Assembly (NCBI GenBank): GCA_965219685.1
Contig: CBDCOH010000002.1
Coordinates: 4,064,001-4,128,000 of the forward strand
Reading direction: 5' to 3'
DNA: 64,000 bases
DNA from: Candidatus Spongiisociaceae bacterium
GTDB lineage: Bacteria; Actinomycetota; Acidimicrobiia; Spongiisociales; Spongiisociaceae
Positions 9,829 to 19,298 of this stretch are shown here, piece by piece. Position 1 is the stretch's first letter. Every line of letters starts with the position of its first letter. Under the pieces are notes generated by a model, which was not told the DNA's origin, did not search any database, and saw only the letters and a program-made list of their open reading frames with translations. A program made the position numbers and the translations under genes.

Positions 9829-11159
9829 TAGAGACCGCCGTCCTCACGCGGCTGGCGGGCTTCTCGGTCGGTCCCCTCGATCTGCCCGAGGAGGTGGCGC
9901 AGGCCGGTCGGCGTACCCTGCTCAACGCGCTGGCGCTGGCGGTGGGTGCGGCTCGGCATCCCGCGGTCGAGGCGGCCTGCGAAGTCGTCTCGCGCCTGAC
10001 GCGGCGTCCTGAAGCATCGATCCCCGGCCGGCCGCTCCGGGTGGAGGCGGAGTGGGCCGCTTTCGTAGCAGGCATCGCGGTCCACGCCGAGGACTACGAC
10101 GACACTCACCTGGCAACCGTGGTGCATCCGGGCGCCCCGGTCGTTCCTGCGGCCCTCGCCGTGGCCGAGATGTACGGGCGGACCGGACGCGACCTGCTGG
10201 AGGCCGTGGTGGTGGGGGTGGAGGTTGCGTGCCGGATGGGCCTCGGTCTGGGGCCGGGTCACTTCGACCGCGGATGGCACCTCACGGGGTCGACCGGCCG
10301 GTACGGGGCTGCTGCTGCCGCCGCCCGCCTGGCCGGCCTGGACGCGGCCGCCCTGGCGGCGGTGTGGGCCCGCTCCGCAGCGGAGACGGCGGGTATACAG
10401 GCGGCGTTCGGCACCATGACCAAGCCGTACCATCCGGGCAAGGCCGCATACGACGGGATCCTGGCGGTCCGGGACGCCTTGGAAGGGCGCTGCCCGGCTC
10501 CCCTCACCAAAGAGCAGGAGACGACCGTGTTCCACGCTCTGGGTCCCGACCCCGATCCTCCGAGGGTCACCAGCGAACTTGGCGTGCAGTGGGAGACCAC
10601 CCTGAACACCTTCAAGCCGTATGCCTGTGGGATCGTCAGCCATCCGGTCATAGATGCGGCGGTCGAGGCGTGGATCAGCGTCACGGACGGCATAGCCCGG
10701 ATCACGGTTACCGTCAATCCCATCGTGCTTGACGTGATGGGTGTCGAAGAACCGGCCAACGGCCTCGAGTCGAAGTTCAGCGTGTACCACTGTGCGGCCA
10801 TCGGTTTCCTGGACGGGATGGGAGGCCCGGCCCAGTTCTCGGACGAGCGCGTGAGTTCACCCGATGCCACCGCGCTGCGTCGCAAGGTCGAGGTTGTCAC
10901 CGATCCGAGACTGGCCCGGGACGCAGCTCGTCTAGCGGTTGATCTGGAGGACGGGCGGCGGATCGAAGTGGGCGTCGACCATGCGAGGGGAAGTGTCGAG
11001 CGGCCCATGACGGACGAGGACCTCGCCTTCAAGGCCCGCGCCGCCATGCAGCCGGTCATCGGTGACGGCGCCGATGACCTCATAGGCATGGCGTATGCCC
11101 TCGAAGCTCACGGAGCCCGGGACATCATGCGGGTGGCTACAGGAGGGGCCACACCATGA
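9825..11159 (+). CDS. MmgE/PrpD family protein
   Basis: DYDDTH..VVHPG, TMTKPYHPG, FKPYACG, ESKFS, RGS..RPM. Start reassigned to ATG 9825. Confidence 0.9.
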   Translation: MIETAVLTRLAGFSVGPLDLPEEVAQAGRRTLLNALALAVGAARHPAVEAACEVVSRLTRRPEASIPGRPLRVEAEWAAFVAGIAVHAEDYDDTHLATVVHPGAPVVPAALAVAEMYGRTGRDLLEAVVVGVEVACRMGLGLGPGHFDRGWHLTGSTGRYGAAAAAARLAGLDAAALAAVWARSAAETAGIQAAFGTMTKPYHPGKAAYDGILAVRDALEGRCPAPLTKEQETTVFHALGPDPDPPRVTSELGVQWETTLNTFKPYACGIVSHPVIDAAVEAWISVTDGIARITVTVNPIVLDVMGVEEPANGLESKFSVYHCAAIGFLDGMGGPAQFSDERVSSPDATALRRKVEVVTDPRLARDAARLAVDLEDGRRIEVGVDHARGSVERPMTDEDLAFKARAAMQPVIGDGADDLIGMAYALEAHGARDIMRVATGGATP

Positions 11160-11815
11160 AGGGAAGGATCCGTGTCCGGTCGAGCCTCGCCGACAAGTGC
11201 TCACCCGCGTTGGCGGCCCTGGTGATAGTGGACATGGTGAACGACTTCGTCCATCCGCAGGGTCTGACCGTCGCCGGGAACGGGCGTGCGGTAGATGCGG
11301 CTCGTTCCACGATAGAGCCGATCGGTTCCCTGGCCACCGCGGCGCGCGCCGCGGGTGTCCCGGTCGTGTACGTGCAGCATTCGACGCTGCCGGACGGGGC
11401 CAGCCACTCGGGCCCCTGGGTGGATGCCCGGGGGCGAGCCACCTACAGCTCCCTCGACATCTGCCTCGACGGGAGCTGGGGACAGCAGGTCGTGGACGAA
11501 CTGGCGCCCCGAGAGGGTGACCTGGTGGTCAAGAAGCACCGCTACAGCGGGTTCGCGCGCACCGAACTGGATACCGTCCTCCGGGAGCGAGGGAGGGAGA
11601 CGATCGTCGTGTGTGGAGTCTCCACCAACGTCTGCGTAGAGGCGACCGCTCGGCAGGGTTTCGATCTCGACTACTACGTGGTGATTCCCCATGACGCCTG
11701 CGCTTCCTGGCACTCCGGCCTCCACGAGGCCGCCCTGGCTACGGCGCGCCATCGCTATGCGGTCGTCTGCTCGACTTCGGAGGTGATCTCCATATGGGAG
11801 GATTACGCCCCATGA
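11156..11815 (+). CDS. isochorismatase-like cysteine hydrolase (RutB-like amidohydrolase)
   Basis: VIVDMVNDF, KHRYSGF, GVSTNVCVEATAR (Asp-Lys-Cys triad). Confidence 0.9.
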   Translation: MKGRIRVRSSLADKCSPALAALVIVDMVNDFVHPQGLTVAGNGRAVDAARSTIEPIGSLATAARAAGVPVVYVQHSTLPDGASHSGPWVDARGRATYSSLDICLDGSWGQQVVDELAPREGDLVVKKHRYSGFARTELDTVLRERGRETIVVCGVSTNVCVEATARQGFDLDYYVVIPHDACASWHSGLHEAALATARHRYAVVCSTSEVISIWEDYAP

Positions 11816-12693
11816 CCCGGTCCCGGATCTCCTTCGCCCAGTCCTGGGACAGGGCCGCGCCGTCACCCCCCGACGGCAGGCCGATCATCGTCCAGATCGT
11901 GGTCAACCTGGAGTTGTGGCGATTCGATGCAGCCCTGCCGAGGTCGCTGCTGCCCGCCCCGCACGGCGAGCCCCGCATACCGGACGTTCCCAACTACTCC
12001 TGGGTGGAGTACGGGTTGCGCAGCGGGTTGCCCCGTATCCTGCGCCTCTTCGAGTCGCTCGGCGTACCGGCCTCCGCGTCGGTGAACGCACTCCTCTTCC
12101 GGGAAGAGCCGGCCATCGGGGAGCGGGTCGTGGAAGCCGGCTGGGAGATGGTGGGTCACGGGACCGAGCAGCGGGCCCTGGCGGCCGGCACCGAGCGGCA
12201 GACCGTTCGCGACACCCTGGACATGCTCGAGGAGTTCTCGGGATCCCGGCCGAGGGGATGGTTGGGTCCGGGGCTGCAGGAGACGTTCGACACGCCGGAC
12301 GTCCTCGCCGAAGCCGGTCTCGACTACGTGCTCGACTGGGCGGTGGACGACCTCCCGGTGTGGATGGACACCCGCCACGGACCGCTCCTGGCGGTCCCCT
12401 ACAACCTCGAGATCAACGACAGCCTGCTGTTCGGAGTCGAGCGGCACTCTTCGCGGGAGTTCGCAGACCGCGTGGAGGACACTCTCAGGACCTACGAGCA
12501 GGAGACCGGGTCCGCATCCCGGATCCTCACACTCGGCCTGCATCCCCACCTCATCGGCATCCCCCATCGATTCGTGTACCTGCGGAAGGTGCTGGAGGAT
12601 CTGTCCGCACGGGCCGACACGGTATTCATGACCGGCTCGGCTATCACCGACTGGTACCGGGCCGAGGTGCCTCCGGAAGGGAGTAATCCATGA
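11812..12693 (+). CDS. polysaccharide deacetylase family (CE4, PuuE-like) hydrolase
   Basis: VVNLE, NYSWVEYGLR.G, WEMVGHG, PRGWLGPG, LHPHLIG.PHR. Confidence 0.87.
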   Translation: MTRSRISFAQSWDRAAPSPPDGRPIIVQIVVNLELWRFDAALPRSLLPAPHGEPRIPDVPNYSWVEYGLRSGLPRILRLFESLGVPASASVNALLFREEPAIGERVVEAGWEMVGHGTEQRALAAGTERQTVRDTLDMLEEFSGSRPRGWLGPGLQETFDTPDVLAEAGLDYVLDWAVDDLPVWMDTRHGPLLAVPYNLEINDSLLFGVERHSSREFADRVEDTLRTYEQETGSASRILTLGLHPHLIGIPHRFVYLRKVLEDLSARADTVFMTGSAITDWYRAEVPPEGSNP

Positions 12694-13034
12694 GCGTCGT
12701 GAAGATCAACGCCATCACCGTGCCGGGGGGAATGGGCGGCCAACTGGAGGAGCGATTCGCCAAGCGGGCGCATCAGGTCGAGGGCATGGAAGGCTTCGAG
12801 GGCTTCGAGCTACTCCGGCCGGTCAGCGGTGAGACCCGCTACTTCGTGTACACGAGGTGGCGGTCGGAGGAGGACTTCCAACGCTGGGTGAGTGGCCGGG
12901 AATTCAAGAAGGGCCACACGCAGCCCGATCCTGCTTCCGGGAGCAGACCCGTAGGAGTCGCAGCCGAGTTGTTGTCTTTCGAGGTTGTTGAGCAGGTAGG
13001 GCACGGGGACACGGAAGACCCGAGCCAACGCTAA
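12690..13034 (+). CDS. mhuD: ABM-family monooxygenase, MhuD-like heme-degrading enzyme
   Basis: MSVVKINAITVP...LEERFAKRAH.VE...GFEGFELLRPV.GE.RYFV.T.W closely matches mycobacterial MhuD as recalled, including Asn7 and a C-terminal His. Confidence 0.75.
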   Translation: MSVVKINAITVPGGMGGQLEERFAKRAHQVEGMEGFEGFELLRPVSGETRYFVYTRWRSEEDFQRWVSGREFKKGHTQPDPASGSRPVGVAAELLSFEVVEQVGHGDTEDPSQR

Positions 13035-13181
13035 CCACCGATCACATCTAATAACGAACATCTAGTACGGTGATTCCGGTGGGTCCTACCACTTTAGGAT
13101 GGCGCTTACATGATCCGAGGCGAGATTCTGGTGATGGCGGCGCTACGACGGTCAGCGCCTGCGGCCCACGGTCGGCACGCG

Positions 13182-14072
13182 ATGCGGTGGCTACCCCTAG
13201 CCGCGTTGTCGGTGGTAGTGCTCGTGGCAGGGTGCGGATCCAGCGATCCACCCGTAGAGTCGGCTGCGCCCGAGACAACCATGGCTGGGACGAGTGTTCC
13301 CGTTGCGCCTGAGACGACCGTGGCTGGGACGAGCGTTCCGGCTGCGCCTGAGACGACGATGGCTGGGACGACTGTTCCGGCTGCGCCTGAGACGAGTGTG
13401 GCGGACGGCAGCGAGATAAGGCCTGGGCCCGCCGCCAGGCCTATCGAGTTCAGCTTCTCACTCGAGGCTGACGCTGAGGGCTGGGTGTTCGACTTCGCGG
13501 ACCTGCCGGAGGACTACGACCAGTCGATCTATGAGTTGGATGCCGGTCACCGCCCTCTACCCGGCGGTCTCGATGGCGCCGGATTCTGTGTGCAGGGCCA
13601 TAACCGCAGCGACGACCTGTTCATGTATCTCAAGCGACAGGTGGACGGTCTGGTTCCGGGAGAGTCCTATTCCGTCTCGGTGACCGTCGATCTGGCTACG
13701 AACGTCCCGACGGGAATGGTCGGGATCGGTGGCTCCCCCGGCGAGAGCGTGTATGTAAAGGCAGGAGCCTCCACTGTGGAGCCGGAGGCGTCACCCGACC
13801 GCACCGGCCATCTCCGGATGAACATAGACAAGGGCAACCAGTCCCGAGGCGGCTCGCAAATGGTGGTGATCGGCGATGTGGCACACGCCGACGTTGCGGG
13901 GGAGGAGTTCCAGATCAAGACCCTGGCCAACTCGGGCCGTCCCGTGACCGTCGATGCGGATGCCTCGGGGAATGCGTGGCTGATCGTGGGTACCGACTCG
14001 GGATTTGAGGGTCTCACCCTCCTCTGTTACGACCGGATCTCCTACACGTTCTCGCCGGTCGAGGCAGGGTGA
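13182..14072 (+). CDS. putative lipoprotein with Thr/Pro-rich repeat linker
   Basis: Signal peptide with lipobox LVAG-C, then APETT repeats, then a globular domain (NRSDDLFM, GIGGSPGESV, NIDKGNQ, GTDSGFEG). Confidence 0.75.
   Translation: MRWLPLAALSVVVLVAGCGSSDPPVESAAPETTMAGTSVPVAPETTVAGTSVPAAPETTMAGTTVPAAPETSVADGSEIRPGPAARPIEFSFSLEADAEGWVFDFADLPEDYDQSIYELDAGHRPLPGGLDGAGFCVQGHNRSDDLFMYLKRQVDGLVPGESYSVSVTVDLATNVPTGMVGIGGSPGESVYVKAGASTVEPEASPDRTGHLRMNIDKGNQSRGGSQMVVIGDVAHADVAGEEFQIKTLANSGRPVTVDADASGNAWLIVGTDSGFEGLTLLCYDRISYTFSPVEAG
13263..13402 (+). repeat. 39-bp coding tandem repeat (~3.5 copies, APETTxAGTxVPx)
   Basis: Unit gcgcctgagacgacsrtggctgggacgas.gttccsg is visible repeatedly. Confidence 0.9.
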
Positions 14073-14104
14073 TCGTCGGCCTCGGACTAACCGCCTAGAA
14101 ACAT

Positions 14105-14767
14105 CTAAGGCTTGGCTATGCCCAGCAGGGCGAGCAGGGCCACCAGTGTCCAGATGGTGAACACGAACGGATAGCTGCGTCGCATCGCGGAGCGCAGGGT
14201 GTCGTTGACCTCGGGGCTGGGGCCGTCGGACATGAGCTGGGCGAAGGCAGGTCCGAACGGTTTGAGGGTGAGGCGGATTCCTGCTCCCGACGCGACGATG
14301 ATCCCGAATAGTCCGATCTTCAGGGCGAGCCAGTTCTCGCTGAACGGCGCGTCCGTGATGAGCGAGACGAGCCCGGTGACGATCAGCGCCACCACCAGCA
14401 CCGCCCTGAACCACACGTCGAACCGTTCAGCGGTCCGGCCCGGCACCGTGCCCGTCTTGAAGCGGATGTACCAGGTGAGAGCCAGCCAGGCCAGCCCTAT
14501 CACCCAAACGAGCCCGAGCCATATGCCGTCGATCGGGGAGATCCCGGCAGCGGCAGCCAGGGAGAAGCCGATCGGGAGCATCATCACGTGCGATGTGCGA
14601 GGCGCCATGTCGATCGTGAAGAGGATCTTCGCCGCTATGGCGCGGCCGGGTACCGGTATCTGCTCGTTGATCAGAGAACGGGCCGATATGAACACTCCGA
14701 TGTCCGCGCCCAGCCAGTAGACGAACAGCAGGACATGAACCCAGAGGAGTACTTCGTAGCCGCTCAT
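14105..14767 (-). CDS. uncharacterised multi-pass membrane protein
   Basis: MSGYEVLLWVHVLLFVYWLGADIGVF...LGIAKP with about six hydrophobic segments. ATGA-coupled to the ferredoxin gene. Confidence 0.8.
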   Translation of the reverse strand: MSGYEVLLWVHVLLFVYWLGADIGVFISARSLINEQIPVPGRAIAAKILFTIDMAPRTSHVMMLPIGFSLAAAAGISPIDGIWLGLVWVIGLAWLALTWYIRFKTGTVPGRTAERFDVWFRAVLVVALIVTGLVSLITDAPFSENWLALKIGLFGIIVASGAGIRLTLKPFGPAFAQLMSDGPSPEVNDTLRSAMRRSYPFVFTIWTLVALLALLGIAKP

Positions 14768-15003
14768 CGTCTGGTGGGAACGTTCAGGCGGGTGAGATGG
14801 ATGGCGTCGTAGTGGCAGAAGAAGCTGCAGTAGCCGCAGGCGTCGCAGTCGGCGGTGAAGCGGGCATCCCAGCGGCCTTCCTGCGCGTCGTCGGGTTGGA
14901 TGTCGATGAATGCCATCACCGGATTGAACTCCTGGAACTTCACCCACGAGCAGGCGATCTGGCAGAGTTGGCAACCGGTGCAGTTATCGGAGATGGCCAG
15001 CAT
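14764..15003 (-). CDS. small 4Fe-4S dicluster ferredoxin-like protein
   Basis: CTGCQLCQIAC and CDACGYCSFFC motifs. ATG at 15003. Confidence 0.85.
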   Translation of the reverse strand: MLAISDNCTGCQLCQIACSWVKFQEFNPVMAFIDIQPDDAQEGRWDARFTADCDACGYCSFFCHYDAIHLTRLNVPTRR

Positions 15004-15053
15004 GTGCTTGCCGCCCAGGGTCACCTCGGCCGACTTGGGTCCTTCGTGGGCCC

Positions 15054-17048
15054 TTACCGGCATACCAGCTCCGGTTCCCTGCCGGATGCCGGAGCACCGT
15101 CCGGGACGGGTTGGCCGTCCAGGTAGGACAGGTATTCGTCCACGACCCAGCCGAGGCCTAGCTGGTCCAGCAACTCGAGGGTCGGTCGGCCGGTGTCCGG
15201 ATCCCAGCCGTGGGACCGGTAGTAGCGGGCGAGCATCCGTTCGTAGGTCTCCCGAGGGAACGACGGGTACTCCACGGGAGACCGGCCCGGTCGCATGAAT
15301 TCCACGGTCTCGTCGAAGAACCGCGGCGGCGGGTAGTCGTCCGCCTTGGTCTGGCCCTGCATGGTCACCCACACCTTCTCGAGGTTCCAGACCCGGCGAC
15401 CCGCCTCGATCAGCTGCTCGCTGGTCACGCCGAGGCCGGTGGACTCGTTGTGGAACTCGGTCATGCGTTCGATCGGTAGCGCGTTGAGAACCACTGCCCG
15501 GTCGCAGAACCCCAGCGCGTACGCCACCGTGTTGTAGGCCTGGATGTGCCGCATGGCGGCGGGGACGATCTCCTCGTCGGACTCACCGAGGCGGTAGACC
15601 TCGTCGAGTGGGATTCCAAGGTGGGGGGCCTTCTCGAGCACCGTCTCCACGTTGCCCTTCTTCTGGTCGGGCCGCCCGCCCATCGACGGGTAGCGGTGGC
15701 GGTCGCCATGGCCCCGGTAGTTGACCGACCAGGCGAACAGGGGAGTGGACACGCCCAGGCGCATGTCCCCTCCGGCGTGGGCGTTGAGCGCGCGGCCCAT
15801 GCCCTTGAACGAGACCCGGTAGGGCTCGGCGGCTTCGCCGAGGCTGCGGACCATGGGCGCCACGCCCTCCGCCAGCCAGTCTCCCACACCTTCCCGATGG
15901 GCGATCTTCTCCATCAGGCGCAGGGCGAGATCGTGATCGCCCCAGCGCAGATCCAGGTAGTCGACCTGCCGCTCGTCGACCACTCCGTTGAGACCCATCT
16001 CGATCAGCATTGAGATGACGCCGGCGGTCACCTCGGAGTCCATGCCGAGGCGCTGGACCCACTCGCCGCACTTCATGGTGTCCTCGATGTTCTGCAGGCC
16101 CAGTCCCAGCCCGAACGGTCCGTTCATGGTGGAGAAGGTGCAGCCGATCGTCAGCTCCAGGCCCTCGTACCTGTAGCCGGGCCGGATCCTGAGCGCGTGC
16201 TTGCATCCGACCGGGCACCCGGGGCAGGCGACCGGATGGTGCTCGATCTTCTCATCCATGGTCTCCTGTACCCACAGGTCCGAGTCGGGGTTCAGGGCCG
16301 GCTTGGGGAAGTCCCAGTAGATCTTCCAGGTGCCACCCTCCCGCCACGTCTCGATGGACTTCGTATCGCCCACCAGATCCCGCGTGGTCTTGCGGGACAG
16401 GCCGAGTAGCTTGACCGGCTGGGCGGCCGGGATGCCGCCGGTCCCGTATGCAGCGATCGCTTTGAGGTTCTTGGATCCCATGACCGCGCCCATCCCGGTG
16501 CGACCCCAGGCCACGTGGCGGTTGCCGATGATGCAGGCACACCGCACCAGGTTCTCTCCCGCCGGTCCGATGGCTGCCACGTCGAAGTGGGGCCCCAACT
16601 CCGACCACAGGGCCTCGGATGTTTCGAAGGTGTCCAGGCCCCAGAGGTTGCGCGCGTCCCTGATCCTCACGGTGCCGTCCGTCACCTCCAGGTAGACGGG
16701 CCTCTCCGCCCTCCCCAGCACGACGAGCAGGTCGATCCCGGCCTGGCGGAGCTGGATCATGGATCCGCCGTTGGACATCCCCAGATAGCAACCGTCGGTG
16801 GGGGACTTGCTCATGAAGGTGGACCGGGACGCCGACGGTATGGAGGTTCCGGTGAGCGATCCGGGCGCGAGGATGAGGGCGTTGGCTGGTGACAGAGCAT
16901 CGACGCCGGGCTTGACGAACCGGTACAGCAGGTAGGCGCCGATTCCCTGGCCGCCTATGTAGTCGAGGGCCAGTTGGGGTGTCACCGGCTCGTAGGTGAC
17001 CGACCCGGCGCTCAGGTCGACGATGGCGATGTCCTGCAGACCGTTCAC
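15054..17048 (-). CDS. aldehyde:ferredoxin oxidoreductase family protein (copy 2)
   Basis: YIGGQGIG, AAIGPAGENLVR, GRTGMGAVMGSKNLKAI, CPGCPVGC, LGMD, GWD..TGRPT. GTGA overlap with copy 1. Confidence 0.9.
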   Translation of the reverse strand: MNGLQDIAIVDLSAGSVTYEPVTPQLALDYIGGQGIGAYLLYRFVKPGVDALSPANALILAPGSLTGTSIPSASRSTFMSKSPTDGCYLGMSNGGSMIQLRQAGIDLLVVLGRAERPVYLEVTDGTVRIRDARNLWGLDTFETSEALWSELGPHFDVAAIGPAGENLVRCACIIGNRHVAWGRTGMGAVMGSKNLKAIAAYGTGGIPAAQPVKLLGLSRKTTRDLVGDTKSIETWREGGTWKIYWDFPKPALNPDSDLWVQETMDEKIEHHPVACPGCPVGCKHALRIRPGYRYEGLELTIGCTFSTMNGPFGLGLGLQNIEDTMKCGEWVQRLGMDSEVTAGVISMLIEMGLNGVVDERQVDYLDLRWGDHDLALRLMEKIAHREGVGDWLAEGVAPMVRSLGEAAEPYRVSFKGMGRALNAHAGGDMRLGVSTPLFAWSVNYRGHGDRHRYPSMGGRPDQKKGNVETVLEKAPHLGIPLDEVYRLGESDEEIVPAAMRHIQAYNTVAYALGFCDRAVVLNALPIERMTEFHNESTGLGVTSEQLIEAGRRVWNLEKVWVTMQGQTKADDYPPPRFFDETVEFMRPGRSPVEYPSFPRETYERMLARYYRSHGWDPDTGRPTLELLDQLGLGWVVDEYLSYLDGQPVPDGAPASGREPELVCR

Positions 17049-18997
17049 GACGCGCCCACCAGAGCCCCGTCCCTGAAGTGCGAAGGAACCCAGTCCAGGC
17101 CCAGTCCTCGCAGCGTCTCGTCGGTCGGGAGGCCGGTGGCCGTGTCCCAACCGTGCGACTCGTAGTAGCGGTCGAGCATCCGTTCGTAGGCCTCGAGGGG
17201 GAACGGGGGATAGCGTTTCATGGGTCCGCCCGGCTTCTTGTATTCCACCGCCTCGTCGAAGAACCGCGACGGTGGGTAGTCATCGGCCTTGGACTGCCCC
17301 TGCGACGTCACCCACACCTTCTCCAGGTTCCAGATCCGCCGGCCTGCCCTCAGCAGGTGCTGCGGGGTCACGCCAAGCCCGGTCGCCTCGTTGTAGAGAT
17401 CGGCCATCCGCTGGACGGGGATGGCGTTGAGGATCACCGGCCGGTCGCAGAATCCGAGTGCGTAGGCCACCGTGTTGTAGTCCTGGATGTACTTCATAAC
17501 CCGGGGAACGATCTCCTCGTAGGTCTCGCCGATGCCGACCAGTTCCTCGGGCGGGATGCCGAAATGGTCGGCCCGGTCGAGCAGGAACTCGATGTTCGCC
17601 TTCTTCTGGTCGGGCGTTCCTCCGGAGAACGGGTAGCGGTGGCGGTCGCCGTGACCCCGGTAGTTGACCGACCAGGCGAAACAGGAGGTGGCCAGGGACT
17701 TGCGTACATCGCCTCCGCCGTGGGCCGTCAGGGCTCTGCCCATTCCCTTGAAGGACACCCGGTAGGGCTCGGCGGCCTCGCCCAGGCTGCGCACCATGGG
17801 GTTTACGCCCTCGGCCAGCCAGTCGCCCACGCCTTCCCGGTAGGCGATCTTCTGCATCAACGTGAAGGCCAGTTCCGGGTTGCCCCAACCGAGCTCGAGG
17901 CCGTCGGTGTACTCGTCGCCCACCACCCCGTTCTCGTGCATCTCGATGAGCATCGATATGACTCCGGCGGTGACCTCGGAGTCCATGCCGAGGCGCTGGA
18001 CCCACTCGCCGCACTTCATCATGTCCTCCATGTCCTGGAGCCCGAGCCCGAGCCCGAACGGGCCGTTCATGGTGGCGTACGTGCAGCCGACCACCAGTTC
18101 GAGTCCCTCGTACTTGTATCCCGGGGCGATCTTGAGGGCGTGCTTGCAGCCCACCGGGCAGCCGGGGCAGGCCTCGGGCCGGTGAAGGAGCTTGGCGTCG
18201 TAGCGGTCGAGATCCCACAGGTCCGACTGCGGGTTCCGGGCCGGCTTTTCCGAGTCCCACAGCCATTTCCAGGTGCCCCCGTCGCGCCACAGCTGGATCG
18301 ACTCCTCGTCGGCCACCAGCTCCCGGGCGGTCCTCTTGGAGAGGCCCAGCAGCTTGACCGGATACTCGGCATACGTCCCCCGCGAACCGTAGGCGGCGAT
18401 GGCCTTGAGGTTCTTGGAGCCCATCACGGCCCCCATGCCCGTGCGCCCCCAGGCCACGTGGCGGTTGCCGATGATGCAGGCGCATCGCACCAGGTTCTCC
18501 CCGGCGGGTCCGATGGCGGCCACGTCGAAGTGGGATCCCAACTCGGACCAGAGCGCCTCTGACGTCTCGAAGGTGTCCAATCCCCAGAGGTGGCGTCCGT
18601 CCCTGATCCGGACCTCTCCATCGGTGATCTCCAGATACACGGGACGCTCGGCCCGGCCCCGGACCACCAGCAGGTCGAATCCGGCTTGGCGGAGTTGGAT
18701 CATCGACCCGCCGTTGGACATGCCGAGATAGCAACCGTCGGTGGGTGACTTGCTCATGAAGGTGGACCGGGATGCCGACGGCACCGAGGTCCCGGTGAGC
18801 GAGCCGGGGGCGAGGATCAGGGCGTTATCGGGCGAGAGCGCGCCGACTCCTGGCTTGACGAAGCGGTACAGGAGGTAGGAGCCGATGCCCTGGCCGCCGA
18901 TGTACTCGAGGGCCAACTCAGTGGTGACCGGCTCACAAGCCACTGTCCCGGTACTCAGGTCGACGATGGCAATGTCCTGTAACCCGCCTCGTGACAT
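17045..18997 (-). CDS. aldehyde:ferredoxin oxidoreductase family protein (copy 1)
   Basis: Same motifs as copy 2. GGAGG RBS before ATG 18997. Confidence 0.9.
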   Translation of the reverse strand: MSRGGLQDIAIVDLSTGTVACEPVTTELALEYIGGQGIGSYLLYRFVKPGVGALSPDNALILAPGSLTGTSVPSASRSTFMSKSPTDGCYLGMSNGGSMIQLRQAGFDLLVVRGRAERPVYLEITDGEVRIRDGRHLWGLDTFETSEALWSELGSHFDVAAIGPAGENLVRCACIIGNRHVAWGRTGMGAVMGSKNLKAIAAYGSRGTYAEYPVKLLGLSKRTARELVADEESIQLWRDGGTWKWLWDSEKPARNPQSDLWDLDRYDAKLLHRPEACPGCPVGCKHALKIAPGYKYEGLELVVGCTYATMNGPFGLGLGLQDMEDMMKCGEWVQRLGMDSEVTAGVISMLIEMHENGVVGDEYTDGLELGWGNPELAFTLMQKIAYREGVGDWLAEGVNPMVRSLGEAAEPYRVSFKGMGRALTAHGGGDVRKSLATSCFAWSVNYRGHGDRHRYPFSGGTPDQKKANIEFLLDRADHFGIPPEELVGIGETYEEIVPRVMKYIQDYNTVAYALGFCDRPVILNAIPVQRMADLYNEATGLGVTPQHLLRAGRRIWNLEKVWVTSQGQSKADDYPPSRFFDEAVEYKKPGGPMKRYPPFPLEAYERMLDRYYESHGWDTATGLPTDETLRGLGLDWVPSHFRDGALVGAS

Positions 18998-19298
18998 GTC
19001 ACCTCCCGATTGCTCTCCGACCGTCGTCGGTCGGGGGAGCACCCTGAATGTACCACCCGTCGCCGTCCCCGCGCGGGCCGCGGGTTGCAAGCGCGCCCGG
19101 CATCGGACTCCGCGTGTGACTGTGTTTCTTGAGACTAACGAAAAATTACGTTGTCATCCTATGGCATAGCATGAGAATGTAGTAGAGTGATGGTGGTTCG
19201 CGTGAAGCATCCCTGACACGCACCTAGCCGTGGGCTACGGGGGAAGCAGTGGATCGCTTGCCGAGCGCGTCGAATGCACGGAGAGAGGAACGGATCGG

